Below are positions 1 to 8,617 of a DNA stretch of 48,954 nt, piece by piece. The stretch's first letter is position 1. Each line of letters opens with the position of its first letter. A program made the position numbers and the translations under genes. This stretch comes from Spirochaetales bacterium (GTDB taxonomy: Bacteria; Spirochaetota; Spirochaetia; JABEVK01). The stretch is taken from contig JBAXAI010000028.1 in NCBI GenBank assembly GCA_037142615.1, positions 1 to 48,954 of the forward strand. Reading direction: 5' to 3'. A model generated the notes under the pieces. The model searched no databases and was not told where the DNA came from. It worked only from the letters and a program-made list of their open reading frames with translations.

Positions 1-797
1 ACCACCAGCCCCGCCCACGCCACAACGCCCGCCGCCGCCACGCACGCCGCGACGCCCAGCGACGCCACGGCCAACAGAAGCACCCGCTCCCGGCGAGGGT
101 TCACACCCAGCGAGCGGGCCACTTCGTCGTCGAGCGACAGCAGGTCCATGCGCGCGCGGCCGAGCCACAGCAGCGCCAACGAAAGCAAAGCGGGTGGCGC
201 CAGCCACGCCAGCGAAGTCCAGGTGAGGCCGGTGAGCCCTCCCAGCGTCCAGTACACGATGTCGGGCAGCACCCTCAGCGGATCGGCCTCGTACTTGAGC
301 ACCGCCAGAGCGGCCGTGAACAGCGCCGACACGGTGATGCCGGCCAGTACCAGCCGCAACACAGTGCCCCCGTACCGAAACCGGTGCGACAACGTGACCG
401 TGAGGAACAGCGCCACCAGCGCCGAGACAAACGCCGCCGCCGAAACCCAAGGACCCAAGGTTGCCCCGAGCACCAGCGCCAGCGCGGCCCCAAACGCCGC
501 CCCCGACGAAACCCCGAGGAAGCCTGGCTCGACCAGAGGGTTGGCAAACACCAGCTGAAAGGTCGCCCCCGCACCGGCCAGCACCGCGCCCACCAGCAGC
601 GCGCCGAGCACCCGGGGCAGCCGGGAGTCCCACAGGATGGATTGGGCAATGGGGTCGTTGGCCAGTGAATCCAGCGGCAAAAAGCCCGGCGCCGGGTAGC
701 GGCCCAGCAACACGCAGATCGCAGCCGTGGCCAGGGCCCCGAAAACCAGTAGGCTCCAGGTCAGCGCATTGCCGTGCAGGGGCTTAGGGGACGCCAT
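1..797 (-). CDS. FecCD/BtuC-family (iron chelate/cobalamin/MolB-type) ABC transporter permease, 3' end runs off the window
   Basis: Not in the ORF track. Manual translation from ATG at 797 gives MASPKPLHGNAL...RLPRVLGALLVGAVLAGAGATFQLVFANPLVEPGFLGVSSGAAFGA, the FecCD signature. Start overlaps the end of the SBP gene. Confidence 0.9.
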   Translation of the reverse strand, partial: MASPKPLHGNALTWSLLVFGALATAAICVLLGRYPAPGFLPLDSLANDPIAQSILWDSRLPRVLGALLVGAVLAGAGATFQLVFANPLVEPGFLGVSSGAAFGAALALVLGATLGPWVSAAAFVSALVALFLTVTLSHRFRYGGTVLRLVLAGITVSALFTAALAVLKYEADPLRVLPDIVYWTLGGLTGLTWTSLAWLAPPALLSLALLWLGRARMDLLSLDDEVARSLGVNPRRERVLLLAVASLGVAACVAAAGVVAWAGLV

Positions 798-1791
798 GCT
801 CACCCTTGAGCTGGGGCCGGATCGAGGTGTCGAAGCTCGCCGGGTTCACGCCATACAGGAACTCGAAAAACCGGCGGGCCTCGGCCCCCGCGTCGACATC
901 GGCAAACCGGTCCGGATGCAAAAAACTCGCGATGCGCCGGAGGCCGAGAATCCAGCGGGTATCGGCCTGGTCCCACGAGTAAAAGTCCTGGGCCATCGCG
1001 TGCACGGCACCGGCCTTCACCGCCACGGTCTGGGCAAAGCGGGGGTCGCTCCGGAAGGCCTTGGCCGCACCTGCGGCGTCGGCGCTGTAGCTCACCACGA
1101 TCACCACCTCGGGGTTCCACACCGCGATCTGTTCGGCACCAACCCGCGTCCACCCGGCTCCGCGTTCAGATTGCCCGACGTTGGTGCCACCGGCCATTTC
1201 GACCAGCCGGGCCTGCATCCAGTTGGCCGGTGCCACGTCCCACGCCTGGCCGTTATCGACCGACTGCGCCAGCAGAACCTTCGGCTTGGCGAGGCCTGCC
1301 ACCCGTTTTTCGGTATCGGCCTGCAAACCCTTGTAGTACGCGGTCACTTCGGCCGCGCGGGCGCCGGCGCCCAAGGCGCTCCCCAGGTTGGCCAGGTCGC
1401 GGTAAAAGCCTTCCGGCGACTCGAGGTCAAGGTACAGGGTTTTGAGGCCCAGCGCTTCGATCGACGCCCCCAGCGGCACTTTCACCGTGCTTTTGAGCAG
1501 GTACAGGTCGCCCTTGGCGGCCGCGTAGGTCTCGGCCCCCGCGTTTTTGTCGAGCGTGGCCTTGGCTGTGAAGCCGGGGTCCACGACGCTCAGGAACAGG
1601 CCGAAGCCCTGGTCGGGCTTCACCGACGAAGCCAGCAAGGGCCGCAGCGAAGGGAAGGTGAACAGCGCATCGACGACCAAGGGCGCTCCCTTGCCGGCCA
1701 CGACGAGCCGTGTCGGGGTCTGGGCTGTGAGGCCCGAAGTGAGGAGGGCGGTCAGTCCAAGGGTCAGACCGAGAGCACAGAAGTTTTTCAT
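784..1791 (-). CDS. ABC transporter substrate-binding protein, class III (Peripla_BP_2; Fe-chelate/B12/MolA-like)
   Basis: Signal peptide; 'GGTNV...VGAEQIAVWNPEVVIV', 'AVKAGAVH', 'SWDQ' motifs; directly upstream of the FecCD permease. Confidence 0.85.
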   Translation of the reverse strand: MKNFCALGLTLGLTALLTSGLTAQTPTRLVVAGKGAPLVVDALFTFPSLRPLLASSVKPDQGFGLFLSVVDPGFTAKATLDKNAGAETYAAAKGDLYLLKSTVKVPLGASIEALGLKTLYLDLESPEGFYRDLANLGSALGAGARAAEVTAYYKGLQADTEKRVAGLAKPKVLLAQSVDNGQAWDVAPANWMQARLVEMAGGTNVGQSERGAGWTRVGAEQIAVWNPEVVIVVSYSADAAGAAKAFRSDPRFAQTVAVKAGAVHAMAQDFYSWDQADTRWILGLRRIASFLHPDRFADVDAGAEARRFFEFLYGVNPASFDTSIRPQLKGEHGVP

Positions 1792-1809
1792 CCGGCTAGG
1801 ATACGCCCG

Positions 1810-2964
1810 TCAGGCTCGGGCCGCAAGGCCGACCTGCACCGCCGCTTCGAGCGACTCCACCGAGGCTTGCCATCCCCCGGCCAAGCGGTCCAGGTCGAGC
1901 CAGACCACCCCGAAACCCTGGGACTCGAGCCGCGCGCCCAGGACTTCGCGGCGGTCGGCGCGAACCGACACCACTGGAACGACCCTGGTTGCGGCCAGGC
2001 CCTGGTTCAGCGCGTCGGCCAGGCCCTGCTCCCGGTCGAGCTCGAGACGACCCACCTCGTCGAGCACGAACACCTCGGCACCGCTTTCCAGCCCCTCGCG
2101 AACGGCTTGCGCGGCCCGGGCAAACAACGAGGGGTCGAAGCTGTAGGGGCCCAGGGTCAGGGTCGGCTCTGGGAACGCGTGACGCCGGGCCAACGGCCAA
2201 CGCCCCGCCTGCGCCAGGCCGCAGATTTCGAGGTCATACCCCGGGGCGGGGCCGCCTGCGCTACGGTCGACTGCGGGCTGACGGACGCCGACAAACTTAA
2301 CTCCCCGCGCGGCAAGGCTTTGCGCCAGGACCCCCAGCGCCTCGGTTTTGCCCGAGCCGGGGGAACCGGTGACAAGCACCGCCAAGGGGCGGCCCCCACC
2401 CGGGTAGTCGGCCGGTACGTCGAAGTCCTGCGAAAGGGAGGGGCCCTCGTACCACAGGGCCGGAGGCAAGTGTGCCCACACGTCGCGCATGGTGTGGTTG
2501 TCGTCAAAACCTTGCAGCACGGCGGCCACTTCGGCATCGAAGAGCACCGGGTGCCCGGGTTGGGCCCGCGAGCCGCTGCGAAAAGCCCTTGGTCGCGGGT
2601 TCTGGGGTGTCGCTTTGCGCACGTTCAAAAGGCCGTCAAACAGCGGGAGACGACCGGGGGGGAGGTCGGCCAGGGTGACGAAGAAGCCGTCGGTGGTCAC
2701 TTGGGCCGCACCCCGCCGCACGGACGAGAACAGCCCGGTCTGCCACGCGGGGTTGGCCACGATCACCACGCCGGGGCCGGTCAGGCGTCGGCGCACTTCG
2801 GCTTCGCGGGAGCCGACCACCACCAGCGCGCGGCAGCCTTCCGAAGTGACCTTCGCGACCACCGACTCGAGCAGCGTCAGGCCCTGCCAGGGGAGCAGGA
2901 GCTTCCACACTCCCATGCGGCTCGAGGCTCCAGCCGCCAGGACCACGCAGTCGAGGTTGGTCAT
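1810..2964 (-). CDS. MocA/MobA-like NTP transferase fused to a C-terminal P-loop NTPase (NTPase_1/DUF2478-like)
   Basis: N-terminal 'VLAAGASSRMGVWKLLLP', 'GLFSSVRRG', 'LADLP', 'GHPVLF', 'DFDVPADY'; C-terminal Walker A 'VTGSPGSGKT' and Walker B 'VFVLDEVGRLE'. Confidence 0.8.
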   Translation of the reverse strand: MTNLDCVVLAAGASSRMGVWKLLLPWQGLTLLESVVAKVTSEGCRALVVVGSREAEVRRRLTGPGVVIVANPAWQTGLFSSVRRGAAQVTTDGFFVTLADLPPGRLPLFDGLLNVRKATPQNPRPRAFRSGSRAQPGHPVLFDAEVAAVLQGFDDNHTMRDVWAHLPPALWYEGPSLSQDFDVPADYPGGGRPLAVLVTGSPGSGKTEALGVLAQSLAARGVKFVGVRQPAVDRSAGGPAPGYDLEICGLAQAGRWPLARRHAFPEPTLTLGPYSFDPSLFARAAQAVREGLESGAEVFVLDEVGRLELDREQGLADALNQGLAATRVVPVVSVRADRREVLGARLESQGFGVVWLDLDRLAGGWQASVESLEAAVQVGLAARA

Positions 2965-2971
2965 CGGCCTG

Positions 2972-3775
2972 TCAGCGCAAACACTTGGCGAAAAAGGCCC
3001 GGATCAGGTCTGTCACAGCGGGCTGGAAGAACTCGACGGACGCGTGGTCGGCCCCCTCGAGCCGGTACAGGTCGACGGGCACGCCGTGCGCCTCGAGAGC
3101 GTCGTACAGAAGTTCGCTTTGAGCCATCGAAACCAAGCCGTCCTTGAGTCCGTGCAGGAGCAAGAAGGGCGGGGTTTTCGGTGTGATCGCCGCCACGGGG
3201 TTCGTGGCCTGGTAGGCCTTGGCGCCCGGCTTGACCTTCCGCCCCAGGAACAGGGCTTCGGGGGTGATGAGGCCCGGCCCACTGCTCGCGGCCTGCAATT
3301 CCAGGTCGACCGGCGGGTACCACGCGCACACGCCCTGGACGTCGGTGGTCACCCCCAACTGCGTCGCCAGGTAACCCCCCGCCGACTCGCCCATCACGCC
3401 AATCCGCTTGGTGTCGATCTGGAAGCGCACAGCGTTCGCTTTGAGGTAGGTCAGCGCCGCCTGAAGGTCTTCGAGTTGGGCTGGATGCTGGGCCTCGTGG
3501 GTAAGGCGGTACTCGACGCTGGCGATGACGTACCCCTCACGGGCCAACTCGACCAGGTTCGGCAGGTGCGCGTTGTGGTCGACGTCGAACCAGCCCCCAC
3601 CGCAGATCCAGAGCACCAACGGCAGCGGCTTCGGCTGACCTTCAAAGTGCCGGATCACGCTCAGGCGCAGGTTTTTGGTCGTGTGCCCAAACCAGCTGGG
3701 TACTTGCGTGTAAGTGAGGTCGGTGTCGAACCAGAGCCCGGCGCGTTCGACCTTTACCTTCAGGTTCTTCTTCAT
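2972..3775 (-). CDS. alpha/beta hydrolase (BD-FAE/HSL-like esterase, possible carbohydrate acetyl/feruloyl esterase)
   Basis: 'CGGGW' oxyanion motif, 'GESAGG' nucleophile elbow, 'HGLKDGLV', 'GADH'. Start placed at ATG 3775 (ATGA overlap with the upstream stop). Confidence 0.85.
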   Translation of the reverse strand: MKKNLKVKVERAGLWFDTDLTYTQVPSWFGHTTKNLRLSVIRHFEGQPKPLPLVLWICGGGWFDVDHNAHLPNLVELAREGYVIASVEYRLTHEAQHPAQLEDLQAALTYLKANAVRFQIDTKRIGVMGESAGGYLATQLGVTTDVQGVCAWYPPVDLELQAASSGPGLITPEALFLGRKVKPGAKAYQATNPVAAITPKTPPFLLLHGLKDGLVSMAQSELLYDALEAHGVPVDLYRLEGADHASVEFFQPAVTDLIRAFFAKCLR

Positions 3776-4533
3776 TTCAACCACCTTTCGAGCCATTCCA
3801 GGGCGTCGTCTTCCATGGCACGGGTCACCTCGTGGCCGACCCCCTGATACACGTTCTGCTGAAACCGCTCCGGCTGAGCATACAGCGGACGAACAGCCTC
3901 CGCCAGATTCTCGTTGCCTTCGAGCGGCACCAACGTGTCGTCGGCGCCGTTGAGCAGCAACACGGGGCGGTCGGCGAACACTTCAGGCCGGTTCACGGGG
4001 TCGAAGCGCTCCACGGCCGCAGCCAGCCCGGGATTGTAGAACTCATCCCATGCCAAGGCCCGGAACTCCTCGCGCAGGTGCCGCTGTCGCATCAGCGCGA
4101 GGTAGTCGCCACTGCCGATGAAGGCTGCCCCTGCCGTGAACCGCGGGTCGAGACCCAGGGCCATCAACGTCACATGGCCACCGAGCGAAACTCCCGTCAC
4201 TCCGACCCGCTGAACCGACAGACCCAACCTCGCTGGAAGAAAATCCAGCAACAGGCTCAGGTCGGTGGCCGTGCCTACCATCAGTCCGTACATGTCGGCC
4301 GCGTGCGTGGGGCTATGGTCGTTGGCTGCGTGCGACACCAAACGCCGTCCGTGATTGCGCTGTTCCACGCCAACGGCAACCAAGCCCCGTTCGGCCAGTC
4401 GTTTACACAAGCCGTGCGTGTCGCCGATGTGCCCCCCGCGCCCGTGCGTCACGAGCACGACGGGTTTGTCGGCCGCAGCGCCAAACACATGCACCTCGAG
4501 GCCGGCCACGCAGGCCGACTCATACCCGGGCAT
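3772..4533 (-). CDS. alpha/beta hydrolase (YjfP/YitV-like esterase)
   Basis: 'HGRGG', 'GVSLGG', 'NGADDTLVP', 'GVGH' catalytic triad motifs. Confidence 0.8.
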   Translation of the reverse strand: MPGYESACVAGLEVHVFGAAADKPVVLVTHGRGGHIGDTHGLCKRLAERGLVAVGVEQRNHGRRLVSHAANDHSPTHAADMYGLMVGTATDLSLLLDFLPARLGLSVQRVGVTGVSLGGHVTLMALGLDPRFTAGAAFIGSGDYLALMRQRHLREEFRALAWDEFYNPGLAAAVERFDPVNRPEVFADRPVLLLNGADDTLVPLEGNENLAEAVRPLYAQPERFQQNVYQGVGHEVTRAMEDDALEWLERWLK

Positions 4534-4792
4534 TCTGCCTCCGGGAGTTGCGCACGTACAGGGCGATTTCGGTGGCCACCATGAGCGCGTTGAGAATGTA
4601 CAGCGACAACACCACGTCGCGGCTGTAGAGCAGTTTGTGCGCGATGCCCGCGAAATACCCCAGCAGCACCAGCACCAGGAAGATCAGACTCTTGGAGCCG
4701 ACCTGCGCCGTCTTCCACGACTTGTAGATGGCAAACGGCCACGACGCGCCAAAGCAGAGCAGCATCACGGCCTCGAACACGCTCAGCGACAT
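4520..4792 (-). CDS. Small 3-TM PQ-loop/SemiSWEET-like membrane protein (90 aa)
   Basis: Last 90 aa of ORF 4520..5257: MSLSVFEAVMLLCFGASWPFAIYKSWKTAQVGSKSLIFL..., three hydrophobic helices. The upstream extension is antisense to the riboswitch and thiX and looks spurious. Confidence 0.7.
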   Translation of the reverse strand: MSLSVFEAVMLLCFGASWPFAIYKSWKTAQVGSKSLIFLVLVLLGYFAGIAHKLLYSRDVVLSLYILNALMVATEIALYVRNSRRQNARV

Positions 4793-4858
4793 GAGAACCC
4801 CCGACCCCCAGTGTAGCAAATTACGGCGCTTCGATCTCGAGGGCCCGGCTATCGGCCC

Positions 4859-4887
4859 TTGACCGAGCCTCGCGGTTAGCGTAGTTT
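4859..4887 (+). promoter_or_regulatory. Candidate sigma70 promoter for the TPP riboswitch/thiXYZ
   Basis: TTGACC (4859-4864), 17 nt, TAGTTT (4882-4887), immediately before the aptamer. Confidence 0.45.
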
Positions 4888-4889
4888 CA

Positions 4890-4980
4890 CTTCGTGGGGT
4901 GGTGGACCGGCCCGTTGGGCTTTTCGTCCGCCTGAGATCATACCCGTTGAACCTGTCCGGATAATGCCGGCGAAGGGAAC
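4890..4980 (+). ncRNA. TPP (THI-box) riboswitch
   Basis: GGGGTG...CTGAGATCATACCCGTTGAACCTGTCCGGATAATGCCGGCGAAGGGA matches the TPP aptamer consensus; P3 stem GGTGGAC/GTCCGCC; upstream of a thiXYZ-type transporter. Confidence 0.93.
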
Positions 4981-4985
4981 ACACC

Positions 4986-5750
4986 ATGGGGCTTTGGCTT
5001 CTTCCGTCCAAACTTTCGTTTTCGTGGGGCTGGCTTTCGCTGCCAGCGCTGGTGCTGCTTTGGCAGGTCACCGTGTGGGTCACCGGTTGGCCCGAGTACC
5101 TGCTGCCCGGCCCGCTGTCGGTGCTTTCGACGCTCGGGGCCGACGCAGCGGTCTGGTTGCCCGCCTTGGGCTCAACGTTGACCCTCACCGGGCTGGGGTT
5201 TGCGCTGGCGCTGGGGTTCGCTCTGGTCGCTGGCGTCGCGCTCGACGCGTTCCCCACGCTCGCTCAGCTTGCAAATCCGTTGATTCTGCTCAGTCAGACT
5301 GTACCCGTGTTCTTTTTGTACCCGCTGCTGCTGATCACGCTGGGCTTCGGCGCGCTCCCGCTCATTGTGGTGGTGTTCCTGGCGTGCTTCTTCCCGCTCT
5401 TGATCAACTTTTTGCAGGGGTTGAAGGCGACAGGCCCCGCCTACCTTGACCTGTTCCGGACCCTCGGCGCGGGCCGCTGGGCCACGGTAGTGCGCCTGAA
5501 GTTCCCGTGGGCCTTCCCGTCGCTCGTTTCGGGCCTGCGCCTGGCGGTGGCCTACGCGCTCACGGCCTGCGTCATGGGCGAGTACCTCGGCGCTCGCGAG
5601 GGTCTGGGCGTGTACATGGCCCGCGCCTTCCGCAGTTTTGCCCCCGCGAGGGTGTTGGCCGCTATCGTCGTGATCAGCGCTGTCACGTGGTTGCTGTTTG
5701 CCAGCGTTCACCTGCTTGAAAAACGTTTCCAGACAAGGAGTTCCTCATGA
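4986..5750 (+). CDS. thiX: HMP/thiamine-precursor ABC transporter permease (ThiX-like, SsuC/TauC family)
   Basis: 'LLPGPLSV', EAA-like 'LFRTLGAGRWATVVRLKFPWAFPSLVSGLRLAVAYA', 'GEYLGAREGLG'; follows the TPP riboswitch. Confidence 0.85.
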   Translation: MGLWLLPSKLSFSWGWLSLPALVLLWQVTVWVTGWPEYLLPGPLSVLSTLGADAAVWLPALGSTLTLTGLGFALALGFALVAGVALDAFPTLAQLANPLILLSQTVPVFFLYPLLLITLGFGALPLIVVVFLACFFPLLINFLQGLKATGPAYLDLFRTLGAGRWATVVRLKFPWAFPSLVSGLRLAVAYALTACVMGEYLGAREGLGVYMARAFRSFAPARVLAAIVVISAVTWLLFASVHLLEKRFQTRSSS

Positions 5751-6718
5751 AGATTTTCGCCGCGCTTGGCCTGTGGGCCGCAGTTGGGTTGGGCGCTGCT
5801 GCCCTCGAAAAGGTCACCATCGTGCTCGACTGGACGGTCAACACCAACCACACCGGGCTCTACGTGGCGCTGGCCAAGGGCTACTTCACCCAGGCGGGCC
5901 TTGAGGTCACCGTGGAGCCCGCACCCGCGAACGGCGTCGTCGGTCTGTTGGCTACCGGCAAGGCCGACTTCGCCTACAGCTACCAGGAAGAAGTGGTGCA
6001 AAGCCGCGCTCAGGGCATTCCTGTCACCGCCGTGGCCTCGGTCATCCACAACAACACTTCGGGCTTCGCTTCGCGCGCCAGCGCTGGAATCACGCGGCCC
6101 AAGGATTTCGAGGGCAAGCGCTATGGGGGGTGGGGCAGCCCCATCGAAGAGGCTATCTTGAAGGCGCTGATGAAGGCCGACGGTGGCGACGCGAGCAAGG
6201 TGAAGATCGAGAGTCTGGGCGACCTCGACTTTTTTGCCGCCACCGAGAAGACCGTCGATTTCGCCTGGGTGTTTGAAGGCTGGACCGTGCAGGAGGCTGC
6301 CGTGCGAGGCGTCAAACTCAACTACCTCGACATGAGCAAAATCGCCCCGGTGCTGAACGAGTACACCCCTGTGATCGTCGCGTTGCAGGCTGGGGCGGCG
6401 AAGAATCCTGCCAAGACAAGGGCCTTCCTCGCGGCGTTGTCGAGGGGTTACCAAGACGCGGCCAGGGATCCTGCCGGCGCGGCGGCCGTCCTCCTCAAGG
6501 CGGCTCCCGAACTGAATGCCGACCTCGTAAAGCGCAGCCAGGTGTACCTTTCGCCGCGCTACCAGGCCGACGCCAAACGCTGGGGCGAGTTCGACGGCGC
6601 ACGTTGGAACGCCTTCCAGAACTGGATGACCGGCAACGCGTTGGTCGAGGGTTCCGGGGTCGCCACGCTGGCGGCTCAGAAAGACTTGTTCACCAACGCC
6701 TACCTGCCTGCGCCATGA
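5747..6718 (+). CDS. thiY: HMP/thiamine-precursor ABC substrate-binding protein (NMT1/THI5-like)
   Basis: 'LDWTVNTNHTGLYVALAKGYF' NMT1/ThiY signature; signal peptide. Confidence 0.9.
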   Translation: MKIFAALGLWAAVGLGAAALEKVTIVLDWTVNTNHTGLYVALAKGYFTQAGLEVTVEPAPANGVVGLLATGKADFAYSYQEEVVQSRAQGIPVTAVASVIHNNTSGFASRASAGITRPKDFEGKRYGGWGSPIEEAILKALMKADGGDASKVKIESLGDLDFFAATEKTVDFAWVFEGWTVQEAAVRGVKLNYLDMSKIAPVLNEYTPVIVALQAGAAKNPAKTRAFLAALSRGYQDAARDPAGAAAVLLKAAPELNADLVKRSQVYLSPRYQADAKRWGEFDGARWNAFQNWMTGNALVEGSGVATLAAQKDLFTNAYLPAP

Positions 6719-7539
6719 CACCCGAACTGGAAGTCACGGGCCTTGAGCTCGACTATGAGGGGCTGCCAGTGCTGCGCGACCTGCAGTTTTCCCTTGGCGC
6801 CGGCGAACACCTGGCGATTCTGGGGCCGTCGGGCTGCGGCAAGAGCACGCTGCTGCGGCTGCTGACGGGTCTGGAGACTCCCAGCCGCGGGCGCATCCTT
6901 TGGCGGGGGACAGACCTCACCGGCGCTGGTTCCCCCGGCGCTCGTCCCCCCGGCGCTGGCTCAAGCGGACACTGCGGCCGGTTCGCGTTCATGGGTCAGC
7001 AGGATCTTCTGCTCCCCTGGTCGCGCCTTTGGGAAAACGTCGGCCTTCCCCTGCTGCTCCGAGGGCAGCCCCGCGCTGCCGTGCGCCGCCAGGTTCTCGA
7101 GTTTCTGGTCGTGTTCGGGCTGAGCGGGTTCGCCGACCATTTTCCGCACCAACTTTCGGGGGGAATGCGCCAGCGGGCGGCCTTGGCCCGCACCAGTCTG
7201 GCCTCGCACTCGGGCGAGGGGGGCGAGCTGCTGCTGCTTGACGAGCCCTTTGCTTCCCTCGACGTGCTGAGCCGGGCTCAGCTCCAGGAATGGCTCGACG
7301 ATATCCTTGCCCACGAGAAGTCGACCCTGGTGCTGGTGACGCACAGCGTCGACGAGGCCCTTCTTCTGGCCGAGCGGGTCATCGTTCTTTCCAAGTCGCC
7401 GGGTCGCATTGTGCTGGAAGAAACTGTGCCTTACGCCGGAGCCAGGTTCGCCGACAAGGCTTGGCTCCCCGAGTTTTTGGCGCAAAAGAAGCGGGTGCTG
7501 GATGTCCTTTTAGGCAGTGGAGCCGCCCATGTCCACTAG
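6715..7539 (+). CDS. thiZ: ABC transporter ATP-binding protein (ThiZ-like)
   Basis: GPSGCGKST, LSGGMRQR, LLLLDEPF, VTHSVDEA. ATG 6715 overlaps the thiY stop (ATGA). Confidence 0.88.
   Translation: MTPELEVTGLELDYEGLPVLRDLQFSLGAGEHLAILGPSGCGKSTLLRLLTGLETPSRGRILWRGTDLTGAGSPGARPPGAGSSGHCGRFAFMGQQDLLLPWSRLWENVGLPLLLRGQPRAAVRRQVLEFLVVFGLSGFADHFPHQLSGGMRQRAALARTSLASHSGEGGELLLLDEPFASLDVLSRAQLQEWLDDILAHEKSTLVLVTHSVDEALLLAERVIVLSKSPGRIVLEETVPYAGARFADKAWLPEFLAQKKRVLDVLLGSGAAHVH
6920..6960 (+). repeat. 15-bp period imperfect tandem repeat (three copies, last partial) inside the ATPase gene
   Basis: ccggcgctggttccc / ccggcgctcgtcccc / ccggcgctggc, encoding GAGSPGARPPGAG. Confidence 0.75.
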
Positions 7540-8617
7540 TGGAAACTCCCCCCCTGGCGCTGGCCCCCGCCTGGCCGTTTACTATTGGACCGGCACGGGC
7601 AACACCGCCAGGGCCGTGGGGGTGGTGGTGCGTGAACTCCAACAAGCCGGTTGGGAGGTTGGCGCTACCTTGGTGCGACACGACACGCCGGTCCCCAGCC
7701 CCACCGAACTCGCCGGGCTTGAGCACCTGTTGCTGGCTTGCCCCACCTTGGGGTTCTCGGCCCCGGCGAGTTTTCTGGCGTGGCTGGGGCGGTGGCCCAA
7801 GGCGAACGGCCCCCTTGCCTCCAGGCCGGTTGCGTCGGTGCTGGCGGTCTGCGGGGCCGAACTGTGGCGCGGCCGGGTCCTCGCAGGGCATTCGGGCGGG
7901 CTGCGCCGACAGGTGGCGCGCCGCTTGGCGGTCAAGGGCCTTCGGGTGGCCAGGGCCACCGACGTGTCGTACCCCGCCAACTGGACGCAGTTTTTTCGGC
8001 CTACTTTGCCGCCTCAGGTCGGTGCGCTCCTGGAACTCGGCGACGCCGGGGCGCTGGCGTTTGCCCGGGCCCTCGCCTCTGCCACGCCTGTGCCCGACCG
8101 ACGCAGCCGGTGGCTTTCGTTGCCCTTAAACGCCGTCGGGGTGCTCTTCCGCTCGCTGGCACGCCGCTTTCTGGCCCGCCTGTACACCGCCGACCCCGCC
8201 TGCACCGCTTGCGGCCTGTGTGCGCGCGACTGTCCGGTCGGCGCCATCCGCATGACGGCCACCGCCAACTCTCCCGGCTCCTTGCCTGCCTGGAGCCTCC
8301 GTTGCGACGCCTGCAACCGGTGCATCAACTTGTGCCCGGCGGCAGCCATCCAGACGTCGTGGTTTCGCCTCGTGATCCACGGGAGCTTGCAACTCGCGGC
8401 GACTGTCGGTGCGGTTGTGGCACTTTGGTGGTGGGGTCCTGTGCTCCCGTGGGTGTTCTGGCTGCTGTTCACCACGCTTCAACTGACCTGGCTCGACTCG
8501 GCGCTGGTGTGGCTCGAGCGGCGACGCCGGTTCAGGAGGCTGCTCACGCGGGGGCCGACACAGAACTGGGGGCGCTACCGGGCACCCGGCTCTTCCGGGG
8601 TGACGCTCCAGGAGTAG
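7529..8617 (+). CDS. EFR1-family ferrodoxin (flavodoxin-like N-domain, 2x[4Fe-4S] ferredoxin, C-terminal TM helices)
   Basis: 'YYWTGTGNT' flavodoxin loop; CTACGLCARDCP and CDACNRCINLCP; hydrophobic C-terminus. Confidence 0.85.
   Translation: MSTSGNSPPGAGPRLAVYYWTGTGNTARAVGVVVRELQQAGWEVGATLVRHDTPVPSPTELAGLEHLLLACPTLGFSAPASFLAWLGRWPKANGPLASRPVASVLAVCGAELWRGRVLAGHSGGLRRQVARRLAVKGLRVARATDVSYPANWTQFFRPTLPPQVGALLELGDAGALAFARALASATPVPDRRSRWLSLPLNAVGVLFRSLARRFLARLYTADPACTACGLCARDCPVGAIRMTATANSPGSLPAWSLRCDACNRCINLCPAAAIQTSWFRLVIHGSLQLAATVGAVVALWWWGPVLPWVFWLLFTTLQLTWLDSALVWLERRRRFRRLLTRGPTQNWGRYRAPGSSGVTLQE

Noticed and set aside
727-3147. 806-aa plus-strand ORF
   Set aside because: Antisense shadow of three motif-bearing minus-strand genes; no recognisable domain; long stop-free antisense frames are expected at high GC.
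4793-5257. N-terminal extension of ORF 4520..5257
   Set aside because: Runs antisense through the TPP riboswitch and thiX; only the last 90 codons look like a real protein.
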